DNA from: Azolla caroliniana
Lineage: Eukaryota > Plantae > Polypodiophyta
Direction: 5' to 3'
Length of the DNA: 64,000 bases
NCBI GenBank assembly: GCA_043228905.1
Contig: JBHGNT010000020.1
Coordinates: 6,138,001 to 6,202,000, forward strand
In this document: in pieces, positions 23,121 to 36,388 of the stretch
Layout of the letters: the number at the start of each line of letters is the position of its first letter
How positions within the stretch are numbered: the first letter of the stretch is position 1
Position numbers and translations under genes: made by a program
Notes under the pieces: generated by a model
What the model saw: only the letters and a program-made list of their open reading frames with translations
Databases searched by the model: none
What the model was told of the DNA's origin: nothing

Positions 23121-26100
23121 ATGGACGAATCGTTTGGCGGCATGTTCAAGCTCACCGGCTCCAACTATTCAGTGTGGAAGTCGAAGATGAGGGACATGCT
23201 CGTGGTTAAAGACCTCTGGCTGTCGGTTCAGTTCGGGGACAAGAGACCGGACAAAATCGACGCCGCGATATGGGAGGTGATGCACATGAAGACAACAGCA
23301 TACATACGGTGCTTCATCGACATGAGCCTGTACAACAACTTCAATGAAGAGAGCAAGGCTCATGAGCTCTGGGAGAAGATCGACATAATGTTTCAAAACA
23401 AAAATGCTGTCAATCAGGTTTCGGTATTCAGGAAGCTAGAAGACTCCAGTACCAAGATGGCTCTAGCATGGCGGAGCACATGAATGCCTTCCAGGGGCTG
23501 ATTCACCAGGCAACTTCATTGGAAGTACCTCTCGCCGATGAGGTACTAGCGCTACTCCTGCTCGGTTCCCTCCCGGATAGCTAGGAGACGTTGGTTGTCA
23601 CTTTGGGCAAAGCCGGGCCGGAAGGAAAACGGTTATCCCTAGCAAGAGTAAAGTCGAGCTTGCTAGATGAGGAGGCGCGTCGGAAGGATAAAGATACGAG
23701 CTCCGACTCCAAAGCACTCCTTACCGAATCGGAACGCGGAAGACATAGAAACCGTAGTCCCCAGAACCAGGAGAAGTCGGGGACATGGTCAAAGTCAAGG
23801 GGGAGGCCTACTTGCTTCTATTGCGGCAAGCCAGGACACTTCCAAAAGAACTGTCGGCATTTCCGAAAAGACAAGGAAACCGACGGTACCGATTCGAAGC
23901 GGACACCAGACCGGAACGGTAAAGACTGTAGGGGACTGGACCGGAAGGGAACGACGGCAATCGCGGCAAGTGAAGAGGAGTTGATGCTCATCACCGAGGA
24001 GAGTGAGATAAACCTTGCCGGCGACGAGATGACCTGGGTGGTAGACTCCGGAGCGTCGTTCCACCTTACCCCGGACCAGAAATGCTTCTCATCCTACTCA
24101 GCCAGTGATCACGGCTGTGTCCGAATGGGGAATGAAGGTACATGCCGAATTGTCGGCATAGGAGACGTGTGGTTGACAACACCAACCGGATGCAAGTTGC
24201 TGCTGAAGGATGTCCGACACGTTCCGGAGGTTCGACTGAACCTGATATCAGCCGGTCGGCTAGATGATGAAGGCTACACGGGTAGCATCCGGAACGGTGT
24301 CATGAAGTTCAGCAAAGGGAGCCTGATTGTGGCTTGGGCCCGGAAGGTCAACACACTATACCTGATGAATGCCCGGTTATGTCCGGAAGAAGTGAACGTG
24401 GCTTCCGACACTTCCGGTGAGCTGTGGCAGAAGAGGCTGTGTCATATGAGCGAGAAGGGGATGAAGAGGCTTGCAGACGACAACCTCATTCCAGTGAAGA
24501 ATGTGCACTTGGAGAAGTGCACTGATTGTTTGGCTGGTAAGCAAAGCCGGACCTCCTTCCGACCAAGGCCACCGATGAGACGTAATGCACCACTGGAGTT
24601 GGTGCATACGGATGTGTGTCAAGTGGACATGAAGTCACATGCCGGAGCGTAGTACTTCGTGACGTTCATAGATGACCACAGCCGGAAGCTGTGGGCCACA
24701 CTGTTGAAGACAAAGGATCAGGTGCTATCCGTCTTCAAAGAGCTCCACGCGAGAGTGGAAAGAGAAACCGGCCGGAAGCTGAAGGCGGTTCGAGTAGATA
24801 ACGGAGGAGAATACTGGGGGCAGTTCGAGGAGTACTGCTGCTCAAAGGGAATCCGGCTCGAATTTACCGTGCCGAAGACGCTGGAACTAAACGGACTAGC
24901 CGAGAGGATGAACCGGACCATAATGGAGAGGGTCCGGAGTATGCTAGCGCATGCAAAACTACCCAAGAAGTTTTGGGTTGAGGCACTGTCGACGGCGACG
25001 TATGTGATAAACAGATCACCCTTAGTACCCTTGGACGGAGACACGCCACAGAGAGTGTGGACCGGTAAGGAAGTATCCTACCGGCATCTGAAGGTGTTCG
25101 GGTGTCTCGCGTACGTGCATGTAGCTAAGGACCGGAGAGGAAATTTAGATCCAAAGACCTGGCCATGCATATTCCTCGGTTACGGTGACGATGAGTTCGG
25201 TTACCGAGTGTGGGACTTGGTCGACAAGAAGGTATTCCAGAGTCGAGATATTATCTTCATGGAGGACAAGACGCTCGCCGACTGGGAGTCGGAGAAGAAG
25301 ATAATGAACTCCGAGTCGACCGGTAAGGATCGACTCTACGATGAGCAGACCCAACCGGCAAGAGACCGGTTAGCACTCGAGGGACCAGCCGGTTACGGTG
25401 AGGATACCGAACAGGCTGAAGAAGAATTAGAGGAAGCTGAAACCGGAACCGACAAGACCCCGAATTGGATTCGGATGAAGAGCAAATGGAGGAGCTAGAT
25501 ACCGAAGCCCGAAGACGGAGATATCCTCTCAGAGAGAGAAGGGCCCCTCGGAGATTTCCGGATGCAGAGCATGTTCTGCTGACTGATGAGGGGGAGCCGG
25601 AAAGCTTCGAAGAAGCGAAGGATGACACCCACAACCGCAAATGGTTAAGTGCCATGCAGGATGAGATGGATTCCCTGCATGAGAACCATACGTACGAATT
25701 GGTGGAGTTGCCGAAAGGAAAGCGGGCACTCCGTAACAAGTGGGTGTACAAGTTGAAACCGGGAGACGCCGGCAACCCCCCGAGATACAAAGCCAGGATC
25801 GTGGTGAAGGGGTTCCAGCAGAAGAAGGGCGTGGACTTCGACGAGATATTTGCCCCGGTAGTAAAGATGACCTCCATCCGGGCGGTGCTGAGTATAGCGG
25901 CAAGCATGGACCTCGAGGTAGAGCAGCTGGACGTGAAGACGACATTTCTTCACGGGGACCTCGAAGAGGAGATCTAGATGCAACAACCGGAAGGATTCGT
26001 GGAGAAATGGAAGGAGCACCTGGTATGCCGGTTGAAGAAGAGCCTATACGGGTTGAAGCAGGCCCCCCGGCAATGGTACCGGGAGTTCGACTCCTTCATG

Positions 26101-27165
26101 ACCGATCAAGGGTACCACAAGACGCAGGCCGATCACTGCGTGTTTGTGAAGAAATTCGAAGGAGGCGACTTCCTGATACTCCTTCTGTATGTGGATGACA
26201 TGTTGATCGTCGGATGTGACCAAGTCAAAATACGGATGCTGAAGAAGGCTCTCAACCGGACCTTCTCAATGAAAGACTTGGGTCCGGCAAGACAGATGCT
26301 GGGGATGCACATCATTCGGGACCGGTCAAAGAAGCAATTATGGCTGTCACAGGAGAAGTACGTGACAAAGGTGCTTCACCGGTTCAACATGTCAGATGCG
26401 AAACCGGTCGGATCGACACTTCCGACAAACTGCAGGCTATCTGGTAAGCAAAGCCCGAAGACGAAAGCAGAGAAGGCGGATATGATGAAGATTCCATATC
26501 CCTCTGCCGTCAGGAGCTTGATGTACGCAATGGTGTGTAACCGTCCGGATATAGGATACGCAGTCGGAGTGGTGAGCCGGTTTATTAGCAATCCCGGCAA
26601 GGAGCACTGGAACGCGGTCAAATGGATACTCCGGTATTTGAAGGGCACTTCAAATATGTGTCTCCAATTCGGCTCCGGAAAACCTCAACTTGACAGTTTC
26701 ACCGATTCGGACATGTCGGCTGATGTGGATACCAGCCGGTCTACATCCGGGTATGTATTGACATATGCAGGGGGAGCTGTTTCATGGCAGTCGAGGCTGC
26801 AGAAGACGGTTGCGTTGTCAACCACGGAAGCGGAGTACATGGCAGCTGTGGAAGCCGGCAAGGAAATCTTATGGATGAAGGACTTCATCGGAGAGCTCGG
26901 TATCCGGCAAGATGAATACCGGCTCTATTACGATATTCAAACTGCCATCCACCTTGCTAAGAATATGGCCTACCATTCCCAAAGGAAGCATATCTAGCGA
27001 AGGTATCACTGGATCGGGGAAAGAGTAGATCACCAAGAGTTTGCACTAACGAAGATCCACACGGCCGAGAATGGGTCAGATATGCTGACCAAAGTTCTGA
27101 TACCCGACAAGCTGGATGCATGCCGGAAGAGGATCAGACTAGTAAGACACCCCATGCCGGAGTGA
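23121..27165 (+). pseudogene. Copia-C gag-pol polyprotein (stops and frameshifts)
   Basis: CFYCGKPGHFQKNC knuckle, WVVDSGASFH protease, LELVHTDVC / VDNGGEY integrase, QLDVKTTFLHG / LYVDDML RT, DSDMSADVD..RSTSGY RNase H. Confidence 0.92.
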
Positions 27166-27252
27166 AGGGGGAGTTTGTTGGGAGACAGGTCCCTCCGGAT
27201 GGTAAGGGGGAAGAATAGTGCTAATGAACAAACTCGGCCGAGGCCGAAACTG

Positions 27253-27420
27253 GATGAGGAGTACCCGGCTATGGAGAGCCGGATGGTGGAGACCCGGTGA
27301 GAACTGGATGAGGAGTACCCAGTTACGGAGAGCCGGATGGTGCAGACCCGGTGAGAACCGGATGAGGAGTACCCGGCTACGGAGAGGCGGATGGTGCAGA
27401 CCTGGTGAGAACCGGATGAC
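27253..27420 (+). repeat. 54-bp CCGG-rich tandem repeats in Copia-C U3 (about three units in the 3' LTR, about two in the 5' LTR at 22515-22625)
   Basis: GATGAGGAGTACCC..TACGGAGAGCCGGATGGTGCAGACCCGGTGAGAACC starts at 27253, 27307 and 27361. Confidence 0.85.
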
Positions 27421-27928
27421 GAGTGCCCAACAAGATCCGGATGATGCCGGCTGAGTGAGGAGCGCTCTTTGGATGAAGAGACATATTTGTAAATATGTTT
27501 TTGAGAGTCCATCGTGGCTATATTTGTAAATGGCCGAAAAGTCATATTAGTATAAATATGACTTAGGGCAAACTTTTATGTGGTGTTGTCATTCTCGTTG
27601 GTGAAAGGAGAGAGAGAGTGTGTAACTGTGTACAGAGAGAGAGAGAGAGAAAGAGGTCGTTGCCTTTGTTGTAACCGTCGCCTGTGGCGAAGACCGTGAG
27701 CACGAGGTCGTTGCCTCTGTGAACTCACTGTTGTACATTCTAACATAGTGATAGTTTGCAGCCTATGGGCTGCCGTGGTTTTTCCCTCAGTTTGGGTTTT
27801 CCACGTAAACATCTTGTGTACTCATCTCCTCTTCGTGCTGTTCATTATTTCCCGTTTTCTGTGTATGATTCTAAGCTCGGTTGTGGCCGAGCGTTGTGCA
27901 TAAGGAGCGTTGAGTTCCCGTTAGGTAT

Positions 27929-29890
27929 TATTGTCACAAGCACCGGTAGTGCAGCCTCCGGATTGGGGTAAAGAGTTTCATGTGTTCGTGGATGCCTCCG
28001 ACATCGCAATCGGCAGCGCGCTCATGCAGCTTATGGAGCCAAGGTGGTACCGGCCAGTGTACTATGCCAGCCGAAAGCTATCCCAAGCGGAACAAATTTA
28101 TTTTACCACGGAAAGGGAAGCTTTAGGAATGATCTACAGTGTAACAAAATTCAGGCATTATTTATTGGGAAGAAAGTTCTCCTTCCATGTAGATCATTCG
28201 GCACTCCTCTACCTAGTATCCAAAGCGTCACTTGCCGGTAAGTTGGCCCGGTGGACTTTGTTGTTGCAGGAGTTCGAATTCAAGATATTCCACCGACTCG
28301 ACATACAACATGCGGTAGCAGATTATCTAAGCCGGTTAGATTCTGGGGAAACAGGTGACGGAGAACCAGATGAGTTTCCGGATGCGGAGCTTTTTCGAGT
28401 CACCACGGAAACAACAACAGATGAAACGGTGTCACAAGAAGATAAGTGGCTAACTAATATGCACCAGTTTTTGAGTACCGGATTACCTCCGGAGGAGATG
28501 AACCGGGACGAAAGAAAACGCCTGCCGGTACAAAGCCGACATTTTTGTTTATTACAGGACACGTTATACCACAAAGGTGTGGACGGTATATGGCGACGAG
28601 CGGTGCGCAGCGACGAGAAGAAGGTAATACTACGGGAAGCACACTGCGGAATCGACGGAGATGCGACGGCAAGGAAAGTATGGCAAAGTGGCCTATGGTG
28701 GCCGACGACATTGAAAGATGCAGTCCGGTACGCGAAAGAGTGTGATCTTTGCCAGCGAATGGGCCAACCAACGGAACAAGCTAGGATGCCGCATCAGCCA
28801 ATCCTACCACTAGAACCATTCCAGAAATGGGGGCTGGATTTTTTCGGGCCATTTAAACCACCGGCAATGAGAACTGGTAACTGGTACGTGATTGTCGCGA
28901 CGGATTACTGCACGAAGTGGGTGGAAGCGAAAGCCCTACGAGACAACACCGCGGCGTCAACGGCGAAATTCTTATACGAATGCATTTGGTGCCGGTACGG
29001 ATGCCCCATAGAGTTGATAAGCGACCAAGGAGGGCACTTTGTTGGACAGGTGGTAGAATGTTTGACGAAGTTTTATGCAGTAGTACATAAACGAAGCACA
29101 TCGTACTATCCGCAAGCAAACGGGTTAGCTGAGTCGATGAACAAAACGCTCCAGAATATCCTCCGGAAAATCGTCAATGGAAACCAGATGGATTGGGATA
29201 CGAAGCTGCATAGTGCGCTCTGGGCCTACCAGACAACGTACAAGACAAGCATCCGAACAACACCGTTCCGGTTAGCATTCGGATTAGAGGCAGTCATGCA
29301 GGTCGAGTTCCAGATACCAAGCTTACGGATTCAGATTCGGGAACGACTCAATGAAAAAGAATTAGAGGCAATTCGGTTAAAGGCTCTATGTGAACTAGAA
29401 GAACACCGACTGGCGAGCATCATGCACCTGGAATTGGAACAACGGTGACGGAAAGCGTTTGTAGATCGTCACCGGAAGGGAAATGAAAAGATGTTTGAAA
29501 TCGGCAAGCCGATACTAGTGTTCCAGACCCGGATGGGTAAAATGCCAGGCAAACTACGGTTTAGATGGACCGGACCGTACTGGATCACACGCAAGTTCAA
29601 TGGATCCTACCAGTTAGGGACACTTGCTGGCGAAGTGCAGGGTAAATGGGTCAACGGATTTAGACTAAAACCATACAAAGGACCTATGCCCAAGAACCCA
29701 TTTGAACGAAGGGCCGCCACCGAATCAGACGCCGACAGGCCAACCATGACGGCAACCCGTGAGGAAAATGGCTATCACCAAGCCGGTAAGGGGGAGCACA
29801 AACCGGCAACCGTCAAGAGGCCGGCAAGGTGCGTGTTTCGGGTAAGGGTCCGACAGGACCGGAGAAAAATTACCCACACAAATAACTTAA
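27929..29890 (+). pseudogene. Gypsy-A RNase H and integrase
   Basis: FVDASDIAIG, EREALGM, VDHSAL (RNase H); CDLCQR, KWGLDFFGP, LISDQGGHF, YPQANGLAES (integrase); RWTGPY (GPY/F module). No chromodomain seen. Confidence 0.9.
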
Positions 29891-30105
29891 GAAAAAAAAA
29901 AAAAAAAAGGAAAAAAAAGAAAAAAAAGAAAAAAAAGAAAAAAAATAAAAAAAAAGAAAAAAAAATAAAAAAAAATAAAAAAAAATAAAAAAAAAGAAAA
30001 AAAAAGAAAAAAAAAGAAAAAAAAATAAAAAAAAATAAAAAAAAATAAAAAAAAATAAAAAAAAAGAAAAAAAAATAAAAAAAAAGAAAAAAAAATAAAA
30101 AAAAT

Positions 30106-30136
<31 letters not shown>

Positions 30137-30166
30137 AAAAAAAAGAAAAAAAAGAAAAAGAAAAAA
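29889..30166. repeat. ~280-bp A-rich low-complexity tract (A8-9 runs broken by single G or T)
   Basis: Directly visible; lies between the end of pol and the leader of ORF3. Confidence 0.95.
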
Positions 30167-30534
30167 GGAGCGAATCAAATAAATCATGGAAAGGAGTGGT
30201 GGAAACGGCTATGCAAACGAGGAGTAAAGAGGCACATCGAAAAGGTATGAGGGGCTATGAATAGGACATTTAACCACCGCCACATGGCACGCAATGCTAT
30301 TATAGTACACGACCTGCACATGCGGAGGCTCGAAAAAGGCGCTAAGATGCAGAGAGAAAATCCCCACGCATTGAGACCTTGTCCTATCGTGAACCAAGGA
30401 GAACAGACGCAGACAGACGAGTGAAGATTAATCGAAGAGAGCTCGCACACAGAGAACGCCCTCCCTCATAACTTTCTCTCTCACACTCTCCCAACCACCA
30501 AACCTCGCAAACGCTCTCCGACCTCGACCCAGAG

Positions 30535-32848
30535 ATGGACTGCCAAACGCTGTTTGAAGCCGCCAAGAAATGGCTACGGCAACACGGACTGGAGGGTTTC
30601 TTAACGATCATGGAGGCGGCGCCACACAAGGAGGCCGAAATGATCATCAAAGAAATCGACACAGAGGTGATCATGGAGGAGGCGATCCGTGCATTAATAG
30701 GCCTTCCGAAGGGAGGCATCTACAGGATCGATAATCCGACCTTTGAGCAGCTCATCAAATATTTCGGTGAGTACTCTCTCGCCAGCAAGGGCTACAGGAC
30801 ACATGGCGGCGAAGATATGCTATTCCGCGAAATTGCCCGTGTGCTCCATGAGTTCGGCCACGTGTACCCTCGACCCCCCGTCATGCCTCAGAACCGAGCA
30901 GGCTTGATCATCGCAACGTACGAAGGGGTCAAGGTAGATTGGCCGGTGTTGATAGCCGACGGGCTGTGTACGGCCATTGATATAGTAAGAGAAAAGGACG
31001 GCAAGGAAGGCCGGAAAATATGGCATGTGGTGACACAATGGCTCACACTGTTGGCGCCACCGATCGAGCCCGTCAAAACCAAGAAGTGGGGAAGATCAAC
31101 GGACAACACCCCGAAACCTGCTTCGAAACGGCAACAACTGTTGGCCTCCAAGGCCACTAAGGGGAAGATGGTCGATGCAGAGAAGGCGGCAAAGGAGCGC
31201 GCCAGCCGGAAGCAGCCAACGGATGCAAGTGAGGACACACCGGCACGGCCCCTGAAGAGCCCACTCCACGGACCGGTGCAACAGGAAACGGACACCCTGG
31301 CGGCAAGAATGAATGCCGGGACTCAGGCGGAAGAAATGGAGGAAGAACCCATGGAGCACCTCCAGCGGCGGCCGGTGAAGAGCACCGCTGAATCAGCCGG
31401 GAAGCGTTCGGACCCACAGAAGGATGGAACGCCCGCAACTCACGCTGAGCATCCCACGACAAGGGAGGTACCGGAACCGGTTCTGAGGGAACCGGTCACA
31501 GAAGTCCCTACACAACAGGCAACACCGGCAAGCTCCGTAACTCAAGAGCCGGAAATACAAATGACAACCTTCCCAGCCGGCCAAGAACAAGCAGACAAGG
31601 GGCGACTAGCCGAAACACACTCAGAGCCGGAACGGCAAAGTGGTTAGCTGGCAGAACCAGAAGCGCAACTCGACGCAGTAAGGCGGGACCAGACACCGCC
31701 GAGTGAACCCAATAGCCAACTCGCCGTGCAAGCGCAACAACAATGCACCGGCAACCAATGGCTCCGGTGGATAGGAGACCAAATTGCCGGAGTAGTTAGA
31801 TGCATAGAGGACGAGGAAAAAGCGCAAACGGAACGGTTGCTAGTCACAACCGATGAACTGGAGACGGCCCGGTCAAGGATCTGATGCCTCGAACAAGACT
31901 TGGATCGGATCACTGGAGATATGGCCAAAATGGCCTTAACCACAACATAGATCCAAGCACCGGTGACTCCGGTTGATGTACAAAGGAATAAGACCGCGGC
32001 GACACAAACTATCCCGGAGAAAGATGCGGCGCAAGCCCAAGAGCTTGCGGAATTACGAGATGAGCTCGCCACACAAGAAGCATTACGGAGCCGCGAATTC
32101 GACTTGAAGAAGGTGACCGAAGAAGAATTAAAAAAGACTGCTGAGAACCTTCGCCGGGCAGAGGAAAACCTGCGTAAAGGACATCATGCTTACGACCGGC
32201 TGAAGGAGGAAAAAGAGAAAGTGCTGCAGGAAAAAGACAACCTACGACGGATGGCGGAGACGGAAATCGAGCGGCTGAAGGAAGAGATCCAGCAACAGAA
32301 GGACCACGCGCGCCGTCAGATCAACCAAAGGTTGAAGAATGAAGACCGATGATTTCGATCATCTGCATCGGGACTACAAGCAGTTGGAGACGCAGTATAA
32401 GCAACAACAGGAATGGATGGCCGAGCTCCGGCAAGAAGTTGATAGGGCCACAACGGCACTCGCCGAAGAACGAGCGGAAAGTTCTAGGTTATTGGAGGAA
32501 GCGGCGAATGACTGGATGGAGCTCCACAAACGGAACCATGAAGACAAGGAACGAGCGTCAATGGTACTACAGAGATTGCAAACAACCTATCAAACTCAAT
32601 TGTCGCATTATAGGGAGCAGGAGGCAGACACGGTTCGGATCATCAAGCAATTGAAGGAGGAGCGACAAGGCGCAGAAAATAAATCACAGATGGGAGCTGA
32701 ACGGATCCAGTGCATCCTCCGGTCGTGGCTCACTAAGACTAAAAGCTTGATTGATGACAGCTTTGTGCGTTGGTGGGCAAAATGGGCGCAGAATACGGCG
32801 GAACTCCAATTTCTCAAGGTGGACGTGGAAAACCGGCGGAAGGAGGGC
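30535..32848 (+). pseudogene. Extra sense ORF (ORF3) of Gypsy-A, first copy: globular N-terminus, disordered linker, coiled coil
   Basis: ORFs 30535-31647, 31963-32352 and 32339-33067 are collinear pieces. The N-terminus (EAIRALIGLPKGG...RAGLIIATYEGVKVDWPVLIADGL) recalls accessory domains of Athila/Tat-type elements; an E/K/R/Q-rich helical region follows. Confidence 0.7.
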
Positions 32849-34302
32849 AGACCGAGAACCTCCGGCACTCGTCGTGGAGCAACCTCCGGAGACGGAAGTG
32901 TACCGGCAAAAACCTCCAACACCGGAAGTCGAGTTGGCAACACCAAAGGAAGACCGGCTAAGACCTCAGACGCCGATGGAACAACAGGAAAGGCCACCGA
33001 CACCGCCAGCCCGCGTACCGACACCGGACGACGATATGCCGTTCCAGTACTCCAAGTATCGGGATGACCCGGACGCGGAGGCTCATGTTCACGCGTTTGA
33101 ACAAACATGGGAAGCGAACCATGTGTCACAACGGTTAACCGCGGCAGAAGAGGAACGATCTAAGATAGCCGAATTCGGCGTGACATTAGAAGGACCGGCC
33201 GCCAAATGGCACTGGACGCAGGATCGCAGCACCATCACCACCTTTGCAGACCTGAAAGACAAATTCTTGCACTTCTTCCAGAAGGAGGTGGATCAGCGAG
33301 AAATGGTGGGCTTATTTTATACAATTCGGCAGGACCCCGACGAGAGCATCCCACAGTTTGTCATCCAATTTCAACGGATGCACAGTCAGCTTACCCGCGC
33401 ACCTCCGGAAGAAGAAACACGGGCTATATTTTTAGCCGCGCTCCAGGAACCTCTACGAACGGTATGCACGGTCATCGACTTTCACACAAGCACCGTTGAC
33501 CAGGTCATCGACTGGGTTAGAGAAATGGAAAAAACGAGCTCTTGGCTAACAATGGGAGCCCTCCAACGAGCATTACCAACCGATGAGGATCTCCGTTTCC
33601 GGCAAGCAATCCAATGCACGACTTGCTTAAATTCCGGACACTCGTCACTGGAGTGCACCATGCGGACGCACTGCTTACTTTGCCAATCTACGAGCCACAC
33701 GATGGACCGGTTCAAATATAACTTATTGAATCGGCAAGCACCACCAGTCCGAAAAATTGAGCCACGTAGCAGCCGAGACGAAGAAGACGAACGATGGCGG
33801 CGAGAGGAGCGATATCTACCGGCACTAGATGTCCGGTACGACAATTGGCGAGACAACTACGACTGGTACAAGAGATACGACAAGTACCGAGATTACAATG
33901 GACGGTACGAGCATCACAACCAGGATCACTCCCCCGGGTATCACCAATGACCGGAAGATTACGGGAGGTATGACGACCAACCCCGGCAAGGGTACCGCAA
34001 CAAAAAGAACTTTAATAAAAAATGGCATTTCAAAAACGGGAGCCACCCACGTGAACCGGAAAAAGGCGCCTCAAGCAGCCAACCAGACCAGAGCCCCGCG
34101 GTAACCACAAGTCCTCCACCGGGTACAGGAAACAATGCCGAATCCAGCAACACCTGGAAAGCATATTGCTATTACTGCCGGCAAGAAGGACATTATAGTA
34201 ATCAATGTCCGGCAAAGAGCTATGATAAGCGACTGGTAGTAAACATGGTAGTCGCCGAAGTCGTAGACCTACAACAGGTCACCACAAGGTCGAAGGGGAA
34301 GA
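32846..34302 (+). pseudogene. Second copy of Gypsy-A gag
   Basis: Near-identical to 19036-20484 (DDPDAEAHVH.F.QTWEANHVSQRLTAAEEER). Confidence 0.9.
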
Positions 34303-36388
34303 CTGCTGAAGGAGGGAAGGCAGCGAAGGAGCGCGCCAACTGGAAGCGGCCGACGGATGCAAGTGAGGAGACACCGGCACGGCCCTTGAAGAGCCCACTC
34401 CACCAACCGGGCAACATGAAATGGACACCCTGGCGGCAAGAATTAATGCCGGGACTCAGGCAGAAGAAATGGAGGAAGAACCCACGGAGCACCTCCAGCG
34501 GCGGGCGGTGAAGAGCACCGCTAAATCAACCAAGAAGTGTTCGGATCCACAGAAGGATGGAACGCCTGCAACTCACGCTGAGCAACCCATGCCAAGGGAG
34601 GCACCGGAACCGGTTCGGATGGAACCGGTCACAGAAGTCCCGACATAACAGGCAGCACAGGCAAGCCCCCTCACCCAAGAGCCGGAGATACAAAGGCCAA
34701 CCGCCCCAGCCGGCCAAGAACAAGCAGAAAAGGGGCGACTAGCCGAAACACACTCAGAACTGGAACGACAAAGTGGTCAACTGGTAGAACCAGAAGCGCA
34801 GCTTGACGCAGAACGACGGGACTAGCCACCGGCGAGTGAACCCATCAGCCAACTCTCCGTGCAAGCGCAACAATAGTGCACTGTCAGCCAATGGCTCCGG
34901 TGGACAGGAGACCAAATTGCCGGAGTAGTCGGATGCATAGAGGCGGAGGAAAAAGCTCAAACGGAACGGTTGCTAGTCACAACCGATGAACTGGAGACGG
35001 CCCGGTCAAGGATCCGGTGCCTCGAACAAGAATTCGATCGGATCACTGGAGATATGGCCAAAATGGCCTTAACCACAACATAGATCCAAGCACCGATGAC
35101 TCCGGTTGATGTACAAAAGAATAAGATCCCGGAGACATAAACTGTCCCGGAGAAAGATGCGGCGCAAGCCGAAGAGCTTGCGGAATTATGAGATGAGCTC
35201 GCCACCCAAGAAGCATTATGGAGCCGCGAACGCGACTTGAAGAAGGCGGCTGAAGAAGAATTAAGAAAGACTGCTGAGAACCTTTGCCGTGTAGAGGAAA
35301 ACCTGCGTAAAGGACATCATGCTTACGACCGGCTAAAGGAGGAAAAAGAGAAAGTGCTGTAGGAAAAAGAGAAGCTGCGATGGATGGTGGAAACGGAAAT
35401 CGAGTGGTTGAAGGAAGAGCTCCGACAAAAGAAGGACCGGGAGGACCGCGCACGCCGTCAGATCAACCAAAGGCTGAAGCAGAAGACCGATGATTTCGAT
35501 CATCTGCATCGAGACTACAAGCAGCTGGAGACGTAGTATAAGCAACAACAGGAACAGATGGCCGAGCTCCAGCAAGAAGTTGATAGGGGCACAATGGCAC
35601 TCGCCGAAAAACGAGCGGAAAGTTCTAGGCTATTGGAGGAAGCGGCGAATGACCGGATGGAGCTCCACAAACGGAACCATGAAGACAAGGAACGAGCGTC
35701 AATGGTACTACAGAGGTTGCAAAAAACCTATCAAACTCAATTGTCGCATTATAGGGAGCAGGAGGCGGACACGGTTCGGATCATCAAGCAATTGAAGGAG
35801 GAGCGACAAGCCACAGAAAATAAATCAGAGATGGGAGCCGAACGGATCCAGTGCATCCTCCGGTCATGGCTCACTAAGACCAAAAGCTTGATTGATGACA
35901 ACTTTGTGCGTTGGTGGGCAAAATAGGCGCAGAATACGACGGAACTCCAATTGCTTAGGGCGGATGTTGAAAACCGGCGAAAGGAGGGCGACGACTGCTA
36001 TATGCTGACCTCGGAGGACTTCACCACCATAAGGGATGAGCTGGCGGAAGATTTCACAGCCCTGGCGGATGAACAATTGGGCAGGTCTGGCAGCTCGTAG
36101 CTCAACTGGACGATGATTGGCTGGAGGCACAAATCCAGTTCGAAAGCTATGAGCGGTCCTGGCTCCGGGAAGAAAAAGCGCGAAAGGTGGCAACGGTCAA
36201 CTCCGACGGAGGAACCAACGACGGAAAACCCGGTGCCAGAGCGACAAACGGAGCCACAGCCACCAACGGAGCAGCAGCCACAGCCACAAACGGAACAACA
36301 GCAACAACCATAGCAGCAACAACAGATTCCCGACGAGCCATTGGAAATTTTGGAGCAAAGCATTTTGGACATTTTGGACGAAGCGTAA
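34293..36388 (+). pseudogene. Second, N-truncated copy of ORF3 including its C-terminus
   Basis: Collinear with 31159-32848, then continues to LEQSILDILDEA* (TAA 36386-36388); many in-frame stops. Confidence 0.85.

Larger units (their letters stand above)
22488..27923 (+). mobile_element. Full-length Copia family-C element (Tnt1/Tork-like)
   Basis: LTRs 22488-23091 and 27176-27923. Perfect TSD GGTAT (22483-22487 / 27924-27928). PBS TGGTATCAGAGC 23094-23105; PPT GAAGGGGGAG before 27176. The host frame KVLLSQAP resumes after it. Confidence 0.95.

Noticed and set aside
29870-30187. Poly-Phe ORF (minus) and poly-Lys tail of ORF 29491-29988
   Set aside because: Both are translations of the A-rich tract, not credible proteins.
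30535-32848. ORF3 as a retroviral envelope gene
   Set aside because: The position is env-like but no signal peptide or transmembrane segment is visible.
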